Source: Scyliorhinus canicula
Lineage: Eukaryota
Direction: 5' to 3'
Length of the DNA: 64,000 bases
Assembly: GCF_902713615.1 (NCBI RefSeq)
Contig: NC_052151.1
Coordinates: forward strand, 26,338,429-26,402,428
Shown: positions 12,198 to 24,484 of the stretch, one piece after another
Position numbering within the stretch: the stretch's first letter is position 1
How the letters are laid out: each line of letters opens with the position of its first letter
The notes under the pieces: generated by a model
Databases searched by the model: none
What the model was told of the DNA's origin: nothing
Seen by the model: the letters and a program-made list of their open reading frames with translations, nothing else
Made by a program: the position numbers and the translations under genes

Positions 12198-13420
12198 CGC
12201 ATTGGATAACTGCGTCATTATATTTAGTTGCCAGTCGCAATTATCCGCCATCACAGCGCTGTCTGGAATTTACAGCCGCACAACTAGGTTCAGGGCCTCA
12301 CACGCGTCTGCTCCTATGATGGACTCGCGTTCCGTGTCCACAATGGAAAATCGTACGATATGACTTCTGTTGTGTACTCGTGCTTCAAGCTCACATGCTC
12401 CCAACTTCGCAATCTCATTACCTTTGTAGTCTTTCAGTAGTTTTGTTTGATTGATGACTTTCGGTTTGAATCGCAGCCTGTTCAAATTGGACAAACTGAG
12501 AACGTTGGCTGTCACTCCAGTGTCGAACTTGCATCTGATCAATGTGGCATTCAGCATCAATGGAAGTTGTTTTGTTATGCTCTTGATGTAGCATAAGCTG
12601 CTTCCTTGATGTGCACTCTGACAAAGGAAGGTTCAGACTTGGAGATAGCTTTAACACATTTATTAAACTGTTAACAATTCTCCTACTTGGATTCGATTCT
12701 CCTGTTAATCCTCCTGCTATCGCTACTCAGATTATCTAACCAGTCTGCTACAATCCACGTGGTGGGTGTGATGTGTTTCAATCAACCCTGTGTACTCACT
12801 AAGTTTCTCCACTGGAAAGAGGCTGAGCAAGTGTGCTGTGTCCTTTTATATGGGTTGGTATAATGCCCTCCTGTGGTAGTGTCACCTCTGTGTGTATTGT
12901 GAATGCCCATTGGTCGTGTCCTATCTTATTGGCCTATTGGTTGAATATCTGTGTGTCATGTCTCTGGTGCTCCCTCTAGTATCTAGCTAATCTACGTGTA
13001 TTTAAATTAACCCCTTGTGTATTTACAGTGATGCATATCACCACAGACTTGTCCATCTGTCTTCAATGGTGCCAGCATTACCATCACTATTGCTGAAACT
13101 GGTCAGTAAGAATTCTTCGCTCTGCATATTCGGACTCATCGTGTCCTTAGTCGAACTCAGATCAATGAAAAACAGGTCTTCAATAGACAGCTCATCAATC
13201 GCGTTGACTGATCCTGATTGGTTCACTGCTGGGCGCAAAAAGCATTGCTTTGCAAAGTGATTTGTTCTGCCACATTTGGTACACACCTTCCCAAATGCTG
13301 CATATTGCCATGGCCCATGTCGATTGCCACATCGCTGGCATAAAATGGCAGGTCCGGTTGGTTGCTAAAAATGGCCAGCCCCACTGAGACCACGTTTTTT
13401 TATTCAACTGCATCACAGTG
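12198..13420 (-). mobile_element. Gypsy/Ty3 LTR retrotransposon gag C-terminus and protease remnant
   Basis: Zinc knuckle CTKCGRTNHFAKQC (CX2CX4HX4C) preceded by CQRCGNRH; retropepsin CKFDTGVTANVL...IIGADACEALNLV. Confidence 0.88.
12573..13045 (-). mobile_element. Solo LTR inserted between gag and protease
   Basis: Minus strand TGTGGTG...ATAACA termini with TATAAAA followed by AATAAA; splits the gag-pro reading frame; no clean TSD seen. Confidence 0.65.
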
Positions 13421-13425
13421 CTGAT

Positions 13426-13776
13426 GGAGCTGGGAGTGAGTGGGAGAGAGCTAGGAGTGAGTGGGAGAGAGCTGGGAGTGAGTGGGAGAGTGTGGGAGAG
13501 AGTTTGGTATGAGTAGGCGAGTGAGGGAGAGAGCTGGGAATGAGTGGGCAAGTGAGGGAGAGAGCTGGGAGTGAGTGGGCGTGAATGAAAGTCAGTGGGA
13601 GTGAATGGGAGTTAGTGGGAGTGAGTGGGAGAGAGCTGGGAGTGAGTGGGAGAGAGTGGGAAAGAGCTGGAAGTGAGTGGAAGAGAGCTGGGAGTGGGTG
13701 AGAGAGAGTGGGGGAGAGTGGGGAGTGGGTGGGAGAGAGTTGGGAGAGCTGGGAGTGAGTGGGTGAGTGTGGGAGG
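13426..13776. repeat. Purine-rich ~21-bp tandem repeat (GGGAGTGAGTGGGAGAGAGCT)n
   Basis: Visible degenerate periodicity. Confidence 0.9.
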
Positions 13777-13847
13777 GTGCACTGTGAGATTAAATCAACA
13801 AAAAAAATTACAAATCATCATGTGGGTAATTGTTGCTCAGAGAATAC

Positions 13848-15541
13848 GGATTTGAGGAACACAGATGTGAGGAACACAGATGTGAGGAACGCGGATGTGA
13901 GGAACACGGATGTGAGGAACATAGATGTGAGGAACACAGATGTGAGGAACACAGATGTGAGGAATGCGGATGTGAGGAACACGGATGTGAGGAACACAGA
14001 TGTGAGGCACATGGATGTGAAGAACAAAGATGTGAGGAGCACAGATGTGAGTAACATGGACGTGAGGAACACAGATGTGAGGAACACGGATGTGAGGAAC
14101 ACAGATGTGAGAAACATGGATGTGAGGAACACGGATGTGAGGAACATGGATGTGAGTAACACAGATGTGAGGAACACGGATGTGAGAAACATGGATGTGA
14201 GGAACATGGATGTGCTCAAAACAGGTGTGAGGAACATGAATGTGAGGAACACAGATATGAGGAACACAGATGCGAGGAACATGGATGTGAGAAACAAGGA
14301 TGTGAGGGACACGGATGTGAGGAACATGGATGTGAGGAACGTGGATGTGAGGAACATGGTTGTGAGGAACACTGATGTGAGGAACACTGATGTGAGGAAC
14401 ACAGATGTGAGGAACATAGATGTGAGAAACCCGGATGTGAGGAACACAGGTGTGAGGAACACTGATGTGAGGAACACAGATGTGAGAAACCCGGATGTGA
14501 GGAACACAGATGTGAGGAACATGGATGTGAGGAACATGGGTGTGAGGAACACTGATGTGAAGAACATGGATGTGAGGTACACAGATGTCAGGAACATAGA
14601 TGTGAGGTATACAGATGTCAGGAACATAGATGTGAGGTATACAGATGTGAGGAACATGGGTGTGAAAAACACAGATGTGAGGAACATGGATGTGAGGAAC
14701 ATGGATGTGAGGAACACAGATGTGAGGAACATGGATCTGAGGAACACAAATGTGAGGAACATGGAGGTGAGGAACGTGGATGCGAAGAACAGGGGTGTGA
14801 GGAACATAGATATGAGGAACATGGTTGTGATGAACACAGATGTGAGGAACACGGATTTGAGGAACACAGATGTGAGGAACACAGATGTGAGGAACATGGA
14901 TGTGAGGAACACGGATGTGAGGAACATGGATGTGAGTAACACAGATGTGAGGAACACGGATGTGAGAAACATGGATGTGAGGAACATGGATGTGCTCAAA
15001 ACAGGTGTGAGGAACATGAATGTGAGGAACATGGATGTGAGGAACACAGATGTGAGGAACATGGATGTGAGGAACACAAATGTGAGGAACATGGAGGTGA
15101 GGAACGTGGATGCGAAGAACAGGGTGTGAGGAACATAGATATGAGGAACATGGTTGTGATGAACATAGATGTGAGGAACACAGATTTTAGGAACACAGAT
15201 GTGAGGAACACGGATGCGAGGAACACAGATGTGAGGAACACAGATGTGAGGAACATGGATGTGAGGAACACAGATGTGAGCAACAGGGATGTGAGGAACA
15301 CAAATGTGAGGAACACGGATGTGAGGAACACAGATGTGAGGAACACAGATGTGAGGAACACAGATGTGAGCAACAGGGATGTGAGGAACACAAACGTGAG
15401 GAACACGGATGTGAGGAACACAGATGTGAGGAACACAGATGTGAGGGACATGGATGTGAGGAATACAGATGTGAGGAACATGGCTGTGAGAAACATGGAT
15501 GTGAGGAGCATGGATGTGAGGAACATGGATGTGAGGAACAC
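13848..15541. repeat. 15-bp minisatellite GATGTGAGGAACAC(A/G), ~110 copies
   Basis: Tandem periodicity; produces the NTDVR and TSVFL repeat ORFs. Confidence 0.97.
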
Positions 15542-15834
15542 GTAGCTAAAGGAGTTCGGAGAACGCGTCGCAGACTGGAGCGTCACAAAATATTGATTAA
15601 CTTAAGTGAGGCTTAGGGGACAGAAGGTTAGTGTTATGACAGATGGTAAGTACCTGGCTGCCCAAATCCGAAAGGGAGACCTGAACAAGCTATCACAATG
15701 ATTTGCAATTTGTACTTGATGGGAAGGAATATGAAGTCAGAAGAAACAATTTCAAACCACTAGTGAACAATTTAAAACTCAATTTAAATATTTATTACAT
15801 TGTTTTTCAGTCACAAGATTACTTACACAATTAC

Positions 15835-16725
15835 CAGGTGGAGGCGAGCTCTTGTAGGGCGTCGGGGTTGCGGGCGCTGGCACCTGCGGCGCTCCTGATG
15901 GCCCCATGAAAGGACTCGGTGAGTCCGGTGGTGGTGGCCAGTTTGAAGATTTGGAGGCAGTTTAGGCAGTGCTTTAAGCTGGGGGCCAGGTCAGGGGGGA
16001 TGCCGAAAAGGGGGACCGTGGGTTCGAGTTGGGGAGGATGGGCGCTAGGTTTCGGGGATGGGACAAGAGGGGGATTAGGGAAATGAAGGATTTGTTCCTG
16101 GGAAGGGGCAATTCGCAAGCTTAGAAGATTTGGATGAGAAGTATGATTTGGTGCAGGGGGGAGGGTTTAGATAGATGCAGGTGCGGCACTTTGCAAGGAA
16201 GGTTTTTCCAACCTTCCCGATAGCGCCGGCTTCCTCGTTGCTGGAGGAGGTGCTATCAACGGGAGGGGGTTAGAAAAGGGGGTCATTCGGCGATCTACGG
16301 GAGGATCCTGGAGGAGGATACGGTGTCCATGGAGGGGATTAAGGCAAAAATGGGAGGAAGAGCTGGGGGTGGGGGTTGGCGGGGGTGGTGGAAGATGGGC
16401 TGTGGTGTGAGGTGCTGCAGAGGGTGAATGCCTCGGCTTTGTGTGTGAGGTTGGGGCTGATACAGCTGAAGGTATTGTTCAGGATGTACCTCACATAATC
16501 AAGAATGAGCCGACTATTCAAGACTGTGAGCGATGTGGGAGGGGCCCCGCGAACCATGTTTAGGTCCTTCTCATAGCTGGAAAGGTTTTGGAGAACAGTG
16601 TTCAGTACAATCTCGGGGTCTTGCATGTGGATGTGGAGCCTGGGTCCCTAGAAGCCATATTCGGGGTGTCGGACTTGCCCAAGCTGCAGGCAGGTGCAGA
16701 GGCAGATGTCCTAGACTTCGCCAGC
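15835..16725 (+). mobile_element. Degraded Tx1/L1 ORF2 3' fragment
   Basis: Collinear similarity to ~43740-44620 of the L1 in this window (e.g. GAGTCCGGTGGTGGTGGCC, AAATGGGAGGAAGAGCTGGG). Confidence 0.75.
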
Positions 16726-17169
16726 TATCGGGCCCCCAATATCACTAATTGCAAAAGAACTTATGTGCCTTTCTAATGACTGGATAATTTCATTAAATAT
16801 AATTAAGCATGCAGACCTTTGATGTGATTAGTTAATTATTCTCATCATACTATGCATGATGTAACCTTAATAGATAATAATGATTGGACACAGATAACGA
16901 GTATCAAATGATTGGTATCAGCTAATTTCTTGTAACCGAACCTCAAAGTATATCTGTCAGTACCATTCTTGAATCTGTGCTCTCTGGCGTCCGAATTTGG
17001 AATTCCAATAGCCCCTTCTACAGCTTGTGATAAAGATCTCCAAGAGTCTTCATCTAGTCTCTTGTGAGTGGAAGAGTGAAGTACATTAAGGTCAAATAAG
17101 CTTCACTTTTCTCCGCAACAATGTTCAATGCAGAGGTGACATACAGCCCGCCGGGAGCAGCCCATCATC

Positions 17170-18280
17170 TGCCGAGATGGACAAATGCCTACTACTGCTA
17201 CATTATTCATCCTGATGGTGCCACGTGTGTGTTAAGTGTTTCCAGCTGTTTGAGTTCAGGAGTTGTGAGCATGAGGGGCAGTTGGGGTCACTGCAGAACT
17301 TAAGGAAGGATAAGAGTTTCCTGCATCATACAGTCCAGGTGGTCACCCTGTACGCGGGCAGAGGTCAGAATAGTAAACAGATTCGGAAGAGGCAGGAATC
17401 TTTGGTGTGTGTGTGACGTTGTCAAATTGGTACTTGGCATCAGAGCCTACAGGGCCTGATGACACCTTGAAGGAATGAGGTTCAGGCCATAGGAAAGGGG
17501 CTGCACAGGAGGGAACAGCGAAGAATAGAAATCCAGTTGATACAGGCGAATACATAGTTAGGAGGACAGTTATTTCAATAACTGTCTTTGTGAGTCCCAC
17601 GAGATATACTGTCTTCCTGGTGCCAGGGTAAAGGACATCACAGAAAGGATGCAGAATATTCTGCCAGCAGTGAGCTGGAAGTTGGGAGACACATTGGTAC
17701 AAACAACTGAGCGGGCAGGCATTAAGGTCCCATGGCGTGATTTGCAGAAGCCAGGGAGGAAGCTAAAAAGGACCTCAAAGATAGTAACCTCTGAACTATG
17801 CATACATGTAGTGAAAATAGAAATAGGAAGATAGGGAGGATCAATGTGTAGTTTGAAACATGACATAGGAAGGTGGCTTCAGATTCCTGGGGTGTCAGGG
17901 CCAGTTCTGGGGCCAGAGACACCTATTTAAAAGGGATGGGTTGCACTTCAAAGGAGTAGAACCAGTTTCATTGCAAGGTAGTTCAGTGTGGTTGGGAAGA
18001 ATTCAAACTAAATAGGCGGGGGGGGGTTGGGCACACGCATATCAAAGTAGAAAAGAGGAACAAGGTGCATAAAGTGAGTGTTGGATGTACCAGAGAAGGA
18101 AGCAGCACCATATCTGATAGGACTAGACTAAGGACTATGGGGAACAGGTTTAGAATGCTTGAATGCAAATGCACAAAGTGTAATGAATGCTCACTAAGAA
18201 AAATGAAGAGGTGGGGTGGCAGTATTTATTAGGTTAGACATTGTAGTGTTGGAAAGAGAGGATATTCTTGAGGGGGCAAG
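17170..18280 (+). mobile_element. Old CR1 5' fragment (ORF1 esterase into endonuclease start)
   Basis: Encodes CLPGARVKDITERMQNIL and RFLG...F.G...LFKRDGLH remnants typical of the CR1 ORF1 SGNH esterase. Confidence 0.7.
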
Positions 18281-18654
18281 AACTGTGCATGCATTTGATG
18301 TCTGCAGAGTGCAATCACTACAAAAATGTAATTTCCTTAGTGAGTTGACTACTTCTTGTTGAAAACATTCCTTCCATCATTCGGAATATGCCCTGTCAGG
18401 CTGCTTCCCAACCCGGCCCAATTTATTGAGCAATCACAGGTCAGCTTGGGATCATTTGTCTGCTGATTTGGACATGCACAGCCATTAATAGTTAGGGCAT
18501 GCATCCAGAGATGAGCCAGGGACATTGGCCCAGATTTTCTGGCGTTCATATCGTTGGAAATTAGTCGCAAGTTGCCTTCAGGATCCCCACTGCCGCATCA
18601 ACCTCGTAAGAAGTCTTACAACACCAAGTTAAAGTCCAACAGGTTTGTTTCAAA

Positions 18655-18689
18655 CATGAGCTTTCGGAGCGCAGCTCCTTCCTCAGGTG
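18655..18689 (-). ncRNA. Minimal type I hammerhead ribozyme fold in Penelope terminus
   Basis: CAC-CUGAGGA-A-GGAGC(UGC)GCUCC-GAAA-GC-UC-AUG; stem I has one mismatch. Confidence 0.7.
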
Positions 18690-19787
18690 AATGGAGAGGT
18701 ATGTTCCAGAAACATTTATATAGACAAAGTCAGAGATGCTGGACAATGCTTGGAATGCGAGCATTTGCAGGTAATCAAATCATTACAGATCCAGGGAGAG
18801 GGATAATCACAGGTTAAAGAGGTGTGAATTGTCTCAAGCCAGAACAGTTGGTAGGATTTTGCAAGTCCAGGCCAGATGGTGGGGGGTGGATGTAATGTGA
18901 CATGAATTCAAGATCCCGGTTGAGGCCGCACTCATGCGTGCGGAACTTAGCTATAAGTTTTTGCTCGGCAATTCTGCGTTGTCGCGTGTCCTGAAGACCG
19001 CCTTGGAGAACGCTTACCCGGGGATCAGAGGCTGAATGCCCGTGACTGCTGAAGTGTTCCCCGACTGGAAGGGAACATTCCTGCCTGGTGATTGTCGCAC
19101 GATGCCTGTTCATTCGTTGTCGCCGTGTCTGCATGGTCTCGCCAATATACCACGCTTCAGGACATCCTTTCCTGCAGCGTAAGAGGTAGACTACATTGGT
19201 CGAGTCGCACGAGTATGTGCCGCGTACCTGGTGGGTGGTGTTACGTGTAATGGTGGTATCCAAGTTGATGATCTGGCATGTCTTACAGAGATTGCCCTGG
19301 CAGGGTTGTGTGGTGTTGTGGTCGCTGTTCTGAAGGCTGGGTAATTTGCTGCAAACAATGGTTTGTTTGAGGTTGCGTGGTTGTTTGAAGGCCAGTAGTG
19401 GGGGTGTGGGGATGACCTTGGCAAGATGTTCATCTTCATTGATGATGTGTTGAAGGCTGCGAAGAAGATGTCGTAGTTTCTCCGCCCCGGGAAAGTAATC
19501 GATGAGTCGAGCGCCATATCCCCTAGCTAAGTTCCGCACGCATGAGTGCGGCCTCAACCGGGATCTTGGATTCATGTCGCATTACATTCACCCCCCACCA
19601 TCTGGCCTGGACTTGCAAAATCCTACCAACTATTCTGGCTTGAGACAATTCACACCTCTTTAACCTGTGATTATCCCTCTCCCTGGATCTGTAATGATTT
19701 GATTACCTGCAAATGCTCGCATTCCAAGCATTGTCCAGCATCTCTGACTTTGTCTACATAATTGTTTCTGGAACATACCTCTCCATT

Positions 19788-19822
19788 CACCTGAAGAAGG
19801 AGCTGCGCTCCGAAAGCTCGTG
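19788..19822 (+). ncRNA. Minimal type I hammerhead ribozyme fold in Penelope terminus
   Basis: CAC-CUGAAGA-A-GGAGC(UGC)GCUCC-GAAA-GC-UC-GUG: core boxes, 5-bp stem II, palindromic AGCU loop III, CAC/GUG stem I. Confidence 0.8.
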
Positions 19823-19907
19823 TTTGAAACAAACCTGTTGGACTTTAACCTAGTGTTGTAAGACTTCTTACTGTGCTCATCCCAGTCCAACGCCGGCATC
19901 TCCACAC

Positions 19908-20262
19908 CATCAACCTCAAACCTAATTATCCTCCAATCAGACCAGCCCAGCCTGCTTCCCCCTCCCCCACACTGTTTGGGGACATGTCCTGGGACTGGAT
20001 GCAGGGGTGCTCAAGTGCCTTTAGGAGCTCAGGGCATCTCCAAGTGCTTTACAAAGGGTTGGTACCTTCAATTCAGGGATAATGGAAATTCAGGATCCCC
20101 ACTGCCCCATCAACCTCGAACCTAATTATCCTCCAATCAGCCCAGCCTGCTCCCCCCCCCCCCCCCCCCCTGTTTGGGGACATGTCCTGGGACTGGATGC
20201 AGGGGTGCTCAAGTGCCTGTAGGAGCTCAGAGCATCTCCTTCACTCCAGGGATAATGGAAAT
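19908..20262. repeat. ~180-bp local tandem duplication; first copy interrupted by the Penelope element
   Basis: CATCAACCTC-AACCTAATTATCCTCCAATCAG...GGGATAATGGAA occurs twice; start of first copy is at ~18577-18605. Confidence 0.85.
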
Positions 20263-20524
20263 TTTAAATGAAAACAGAAAAAGCTGGAAAATCTCAGCAA
20301 ATGGGGCAGAAACAGGCGTTTAATGTTTCAGCTCCAATGTGAATCTTCAGTGTTGCTCCTTCCACAGCTGCTGGCAGAATGGGAATTTTCAGATTTAAAT
20401 TAACTTTGGACGTCTGGTCAATGAAGAATAAAAGCAATGAAAAACAATTGATGTCAACACCCTGTGCAGGCATTGACAGACAAAAGATAAATAACTAAAC
20501 TACACTTGAACCCTTTACCCCCCC

Positions 20525-20625
20525 ACCCCGGCGGCCCGGAAGTAGTTGCAGGCTGTGACCCGGAGGTGTTCCCCTTGGTCTCCAGGCAGAGGGAGGATGT
20601 TGCTGACAACAGTGAACCGTGAGTT
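20525..20625 (+). promoter_or_regulatory. Candidate promoter/first exon with ETS (GABPA-type) site
   Basis: Non-repeat CpG cluster, CCGGAAGT at 20536-20543, splice donor ACC|GTGAGT at 20618/20619. Confidence 0.5.
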
Positions 20626-20851
20626 TATCCCAGCGGAGGGACTGGGGCACCCAGTACTCCCGCTCTCATCGTTTAGCCCGGCTCTGCGGCCTGAGCAAGC
20701 TGCAAATGGCCCCAGTCTGGGGGCTGGGCTCAGGATATTTCAATCACTCGCACATTTCAACATGTTCATCCTTTCAGCAGCGCGGGAGGGGAGAGAATGA
20801 GTTTTAACAAGTAAAATACAAACATTCCAGCCTATGTTTTAATCTGGGAAT

Positions 20852-21660
20852 GATTACAGACTGGAATCTAATCGAGGGGTTCAGATGGTATACATATAGA
20901 ATAATGGATACCTGGGACTGATTACAGACTGGAATCTAATCGAGGGGTTCAGATGGTTTATATATAGAATAATGGATATCTGGGAGTGATTACAGACTGG
21001 AATCTAATCGAGGGGTTCAGATGGTTTATATATAGAATAATGGATACCTGGGAGTGATTACAGAATGGAATCTAATCGAGGGGTTCAGATGGTTTATATA
21101 TAGAATAATGGAAAGCTGGGAGTGATTACAGACTGGAATCTAATCGAGGGGTTCAGATGGTTTATATATAGAATAATGGAAAGCTGGGAGTGATTACAGA
21201 CTGGAATCTAATTGAGGGGTTCAGATGGTTTATATATGAATAATGGAAAGCTGGGAGTGATTACAGACTGGAATCTAATCGAGGGGTTCAGATGGTTTAT
21301 ATATAGAATAATGGATACCTGGCAGTGATTACAGACTGGAATCTAATCGAGGGGTTCAGATGGTTTATATTACAGACTGGAATCTAATCGAGGGGTTCAG
21401 ATGGTTTATATATAGAATAATGGATACCTGGGAGTGATTACAGACTGGAATCTAATCGAGGGGTTCAGATGGTTTATATATAGAATAATGGATACCTGGG
21501 ACTGATTACAGACTGGAATCTAATCGAGGGGTTCAGATGGTTTATATATAGAATATTGGATACCTGGGAGTGATTACAGACTGGAATCTAATCGAGGGGT
21601 TCAGATGGTTTATATATAGAATAATGGATACCAGGGCGTGATTACAGACTGGAATCTAAT
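20852..21660. repeat. 68-bp minisatellite (GATTACAGACTGGAATCTAATCGAGGGGTTCAGATGGTTTATATATAGAATAATGGATACCTGGGAGT), ~12 copies
   Basis: Tandem periodicity with one truncated unit near 21370. Confidence 0.96.
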
Positions 21661-21864
21661 TCTGAGATTTAGATTGGAGTAAAGGAATATGTAGTATAAC
21701 AAATTCCTGATAATGAGTACGTGGTTAGAGTTTAACTGAAGGTATGTTATGGAATAACATATCTGTCAATTATTGCAGGATTGCTTTGAAATTTGGGCTA
21801 AGGTGTGAAAGATGTTTGGATAACAACTTGTGAGGAAAGCTTGAGCAAGGGTGGCATGGTGGTT

Positions 21865-22768
21865 AGTACTGTTGCTAAGTTTGCAGATGATACAAAGATG
21901 TGTAGAGAGGCAGGTAGTATTGAGGAAGTAGGTGAGCTGCAGAAGGCCTTGGACAGGCTAGGAGATTGGGCAAAGAAGTGGCAGATGGAATACAATGTGG
22001 AAAAGTGTGAGGTTATGCACGTTGGTAGGAAAATGGAGGCATAGATTATTTTCTAAGTGGGAAAAGACTTGGAAAAGCAGAAGCACAAAGGGACTTAGGA
22101 ATCCTAGTTCAAGATTCTCTTACAGTTAATGTGCAGGTTCACTCGGCAATTAGGAAGGAAAATGCAATGTTAGCATTCATGTCAAGAGGGCTAGATTACA
22201 AGAGCTGGGATGTACTTCTGAGTCTACAAGTCTCTCGTCACACTCCATTTGGAGTATTGTGAGCAGTATGGCCCCCTTTCTAAGGAAGGATGTGCTGGCC
22301 TTGGAAAGGGTCCAGAGGAGGTTCACAAGAATGATCCCTGGAATGAAAAACTTGTCATATTGAGGAGCGGTTGAGGACTCTGGGTCTGTAATCGTTGGAG
22401 TTTCGAAGGATGAGGGGGGATCTTATTGAAACTTACAGGATACTGAGAGACCTGGATAGAGTGAACGTGGAGAGGATGTTTCCACCAATAGGAGAAACTA
22501 GTACCCAAGGACACAACTGAGATGAGGAGGAATGTCTTCAACCGGGGTGGTGAACCTGAGGAACTCATTGCCGCAGAAGGCTGTGGAGGCCAAGTTACTG
22601 AGTTTCTTTAAGACAGAGGTAGATAGGTTCTTGATAAGGGGATCAGGGGTTAAGGGGAGAAGACAGGGGAATGAGGATGAGAATGCTTCACAATTGAATC
22701 AGCTATGATTGAATGGCAAAGCAGACTCGATGGGCCGAGTGGCCTAATTCTGCTCCTATATCTTATGG
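21865..22768 (+). mobile_element. CR1 LINE 3' fragment (RT C-terminus and 3' UTR)
   Basis: AKFADDTK...WAKKWQMEYNVEKCEVMH; CR1 tail hairpin. Confidence 0.88.
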
Positions 22769-22769
22769 T

Positions 22770-23075
22770 CACAGCACCAGGGACCTGTGTTTGATTCCGG
22801 CCTTGGGTGACTGTGTGGAGTTTGCACATTCTCCCTGTGTCTGCGTGGGTTTCCTCCAGATGATCTGGTTTCCTCCCACAGTCCAAAGATGTGCAGGTTA
22901 GGTGGACTGCCCATGCTAACTTGCCCCTAAGTATCCAAAAGGTTAGGTGGTGTTACTGGGTTACGTGGATAGGGTGAGGGCGTAGGCTTAGGTAGGGTGC
23001 TCTTTCAGAGGGTTGGTGCAGTCGATGGGCCGAATGTCCTCTTTCTGCACTGCAGGGATTCTATGATTCTTCTAT
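22770..23075 (+). mobile_element. V-domain SINE, 5' truncated
   Basis: V-domain and (ATTCTATG) tail. Confidence 0.85.
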
Positions 23076-23374
23076 GAGGTTATGATCCTATCTATATGGC
23101 TTAGCAATGTGAAATTATTACCATACATCTGTCTGAGGAGTTTATTTGTAAGGAAGGCTTTAATTTTCTTTTCAGCTTATTTATTGTGGTAGTGCCGAAT
23201 AGCCAATAAACTGGAAATCATGGATTCCTGTTGTGACATTTGTGCTTTGTCTTGGGATTTGTCTAATTGTGAGATCTGAGTTTCTGTCCCAGTGCTCAGA
23301 GATAGCTCTGAGCTACATAAATGATCTGGATGGTGTCATATGAATTAAATTGGAGAGTGAGGTGCTGGAGTACA

Positions 23375-23700
23375 CACATACAAATGTATGAATTAGGAAC
23401 AGGAATAGGCCACTCAGCCCCTTGAGTCTGCTCTGCCATTCAATAAGATCATGGCTGATCTGATTGGAACGTCAACCCCGCGTTCCTGCCCAGCCCTGAT
23501 ATCCTTTCACCCCTTGTTAATCAAGAATGTATCCAGCTCTGCCTTAAAAATAGTCAAAGTCCTCTGCTTCCACTGCCTTTTTGAGGAAGAGATTTCCAAA
23601 GACTCATGACCCTCTGAGAGGAAAATAATTCTCACCTCTGTCTTAAATGAGCGATCCCTTAATTTTAAACAGTGACCCCTAGTTCTAGAGTCTGACAAAA
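23375..23700 (-). mobile_element. CR1 3' end fragment
   Basis: SRTRGHCLKL...FKTEVR...FKAELDTFL in ORF 23507..23950 plus CR1 tail. Confidence 0.75.
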
Positions 23701-24484
23701 CCAGTAAGGATTCATAGAAGGACGCAGTGAAAGTGGAAATTGGGCAGTGGAATTGAATACAATGAAGGACACGGTCTTGACCTGTTTCAAGGAAGAAATA
23801 TGGGACAGAATGAATGGTGTTGAAGCAGCTGGGAAGGAGCATAAGAAAGATGTGGGAGTGATGGTCGACTGAGTATTCAGTTATTGTAAAGCTACCATTA
23901 ACCAGTAGACAGAATGCTGGTTCAGTGGAGTCTCGGCCAGAGGTTGTCATTCCGGAAACTAGTGGTGCACTGGTGAGGCTATACCTTGAATACGTTCACT
24001 TCTATTCACGCAACTGTAAGGTAAAGAACCAATATCGAGCAATGTGCAGTCTGATCCCTAATACAGAGCCTGATTTAGAGATGGATAGGTGAAAGAGAAA
24101 AGGTAGTTTCTGAGTTCAATCAACCACAACTGAAGGACAAACTGGTAAACAGGAAAGCTCAGGACTGGTGTTAAACTGATCAGAAGGATCAACAGCTTGT
24201 TTTAATCCAGCGGTAACTGGGAATTCTCTTCCAGGACCGGAAGTAGAGCAAATTCTATAGGGAGTATAGTATTCATGGAATAAAAAACAAAAAGTGCTGG
24301 GAAAACTCAGCAGGTTGAGTGGCATCTGTGGAGAGAGAAATATCAAATGTTTTGTGTCCATTATGACTCCTCTTCAGAAGTTTGAAGTTCGTAGTTTTGT
24401 TTAAACTTTTACCTGCTCTGCACCCCTATTCTTCCTATTGATTTTTAAAGTAACCCAGGACTCTAATAAATTATCTAGATTGAT

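Larger units (their letters stand above)
18606..19907 (-). mobile_element. Penelope-like element, 5'-truncated, with inverted terminal (pLTR) copy and GIY-YIG endonuclease domain
   Basis: ORF 18814..19575: CQGNLCKTC, CDSTNVVYLLRC...YIGETMQTRRQRMNRH...VGEHF...GLNRD; 18606-18952 is inverted relative to 19524-19871; CATCAACCTC TSD at 18596-18605 and 19908-19917. Confidence 0.92.

Noticed and set aside
11829-12254. Functional NAP1L1 gene
   Set aside because: Internal fragment only, intronless, frameshifted, with substitutions at conserved residues
11536-12363. 275-aa + strand ORF
   Set aside because: Antisense shadow of the protease/NAP1L1 frame; no recognisable domain
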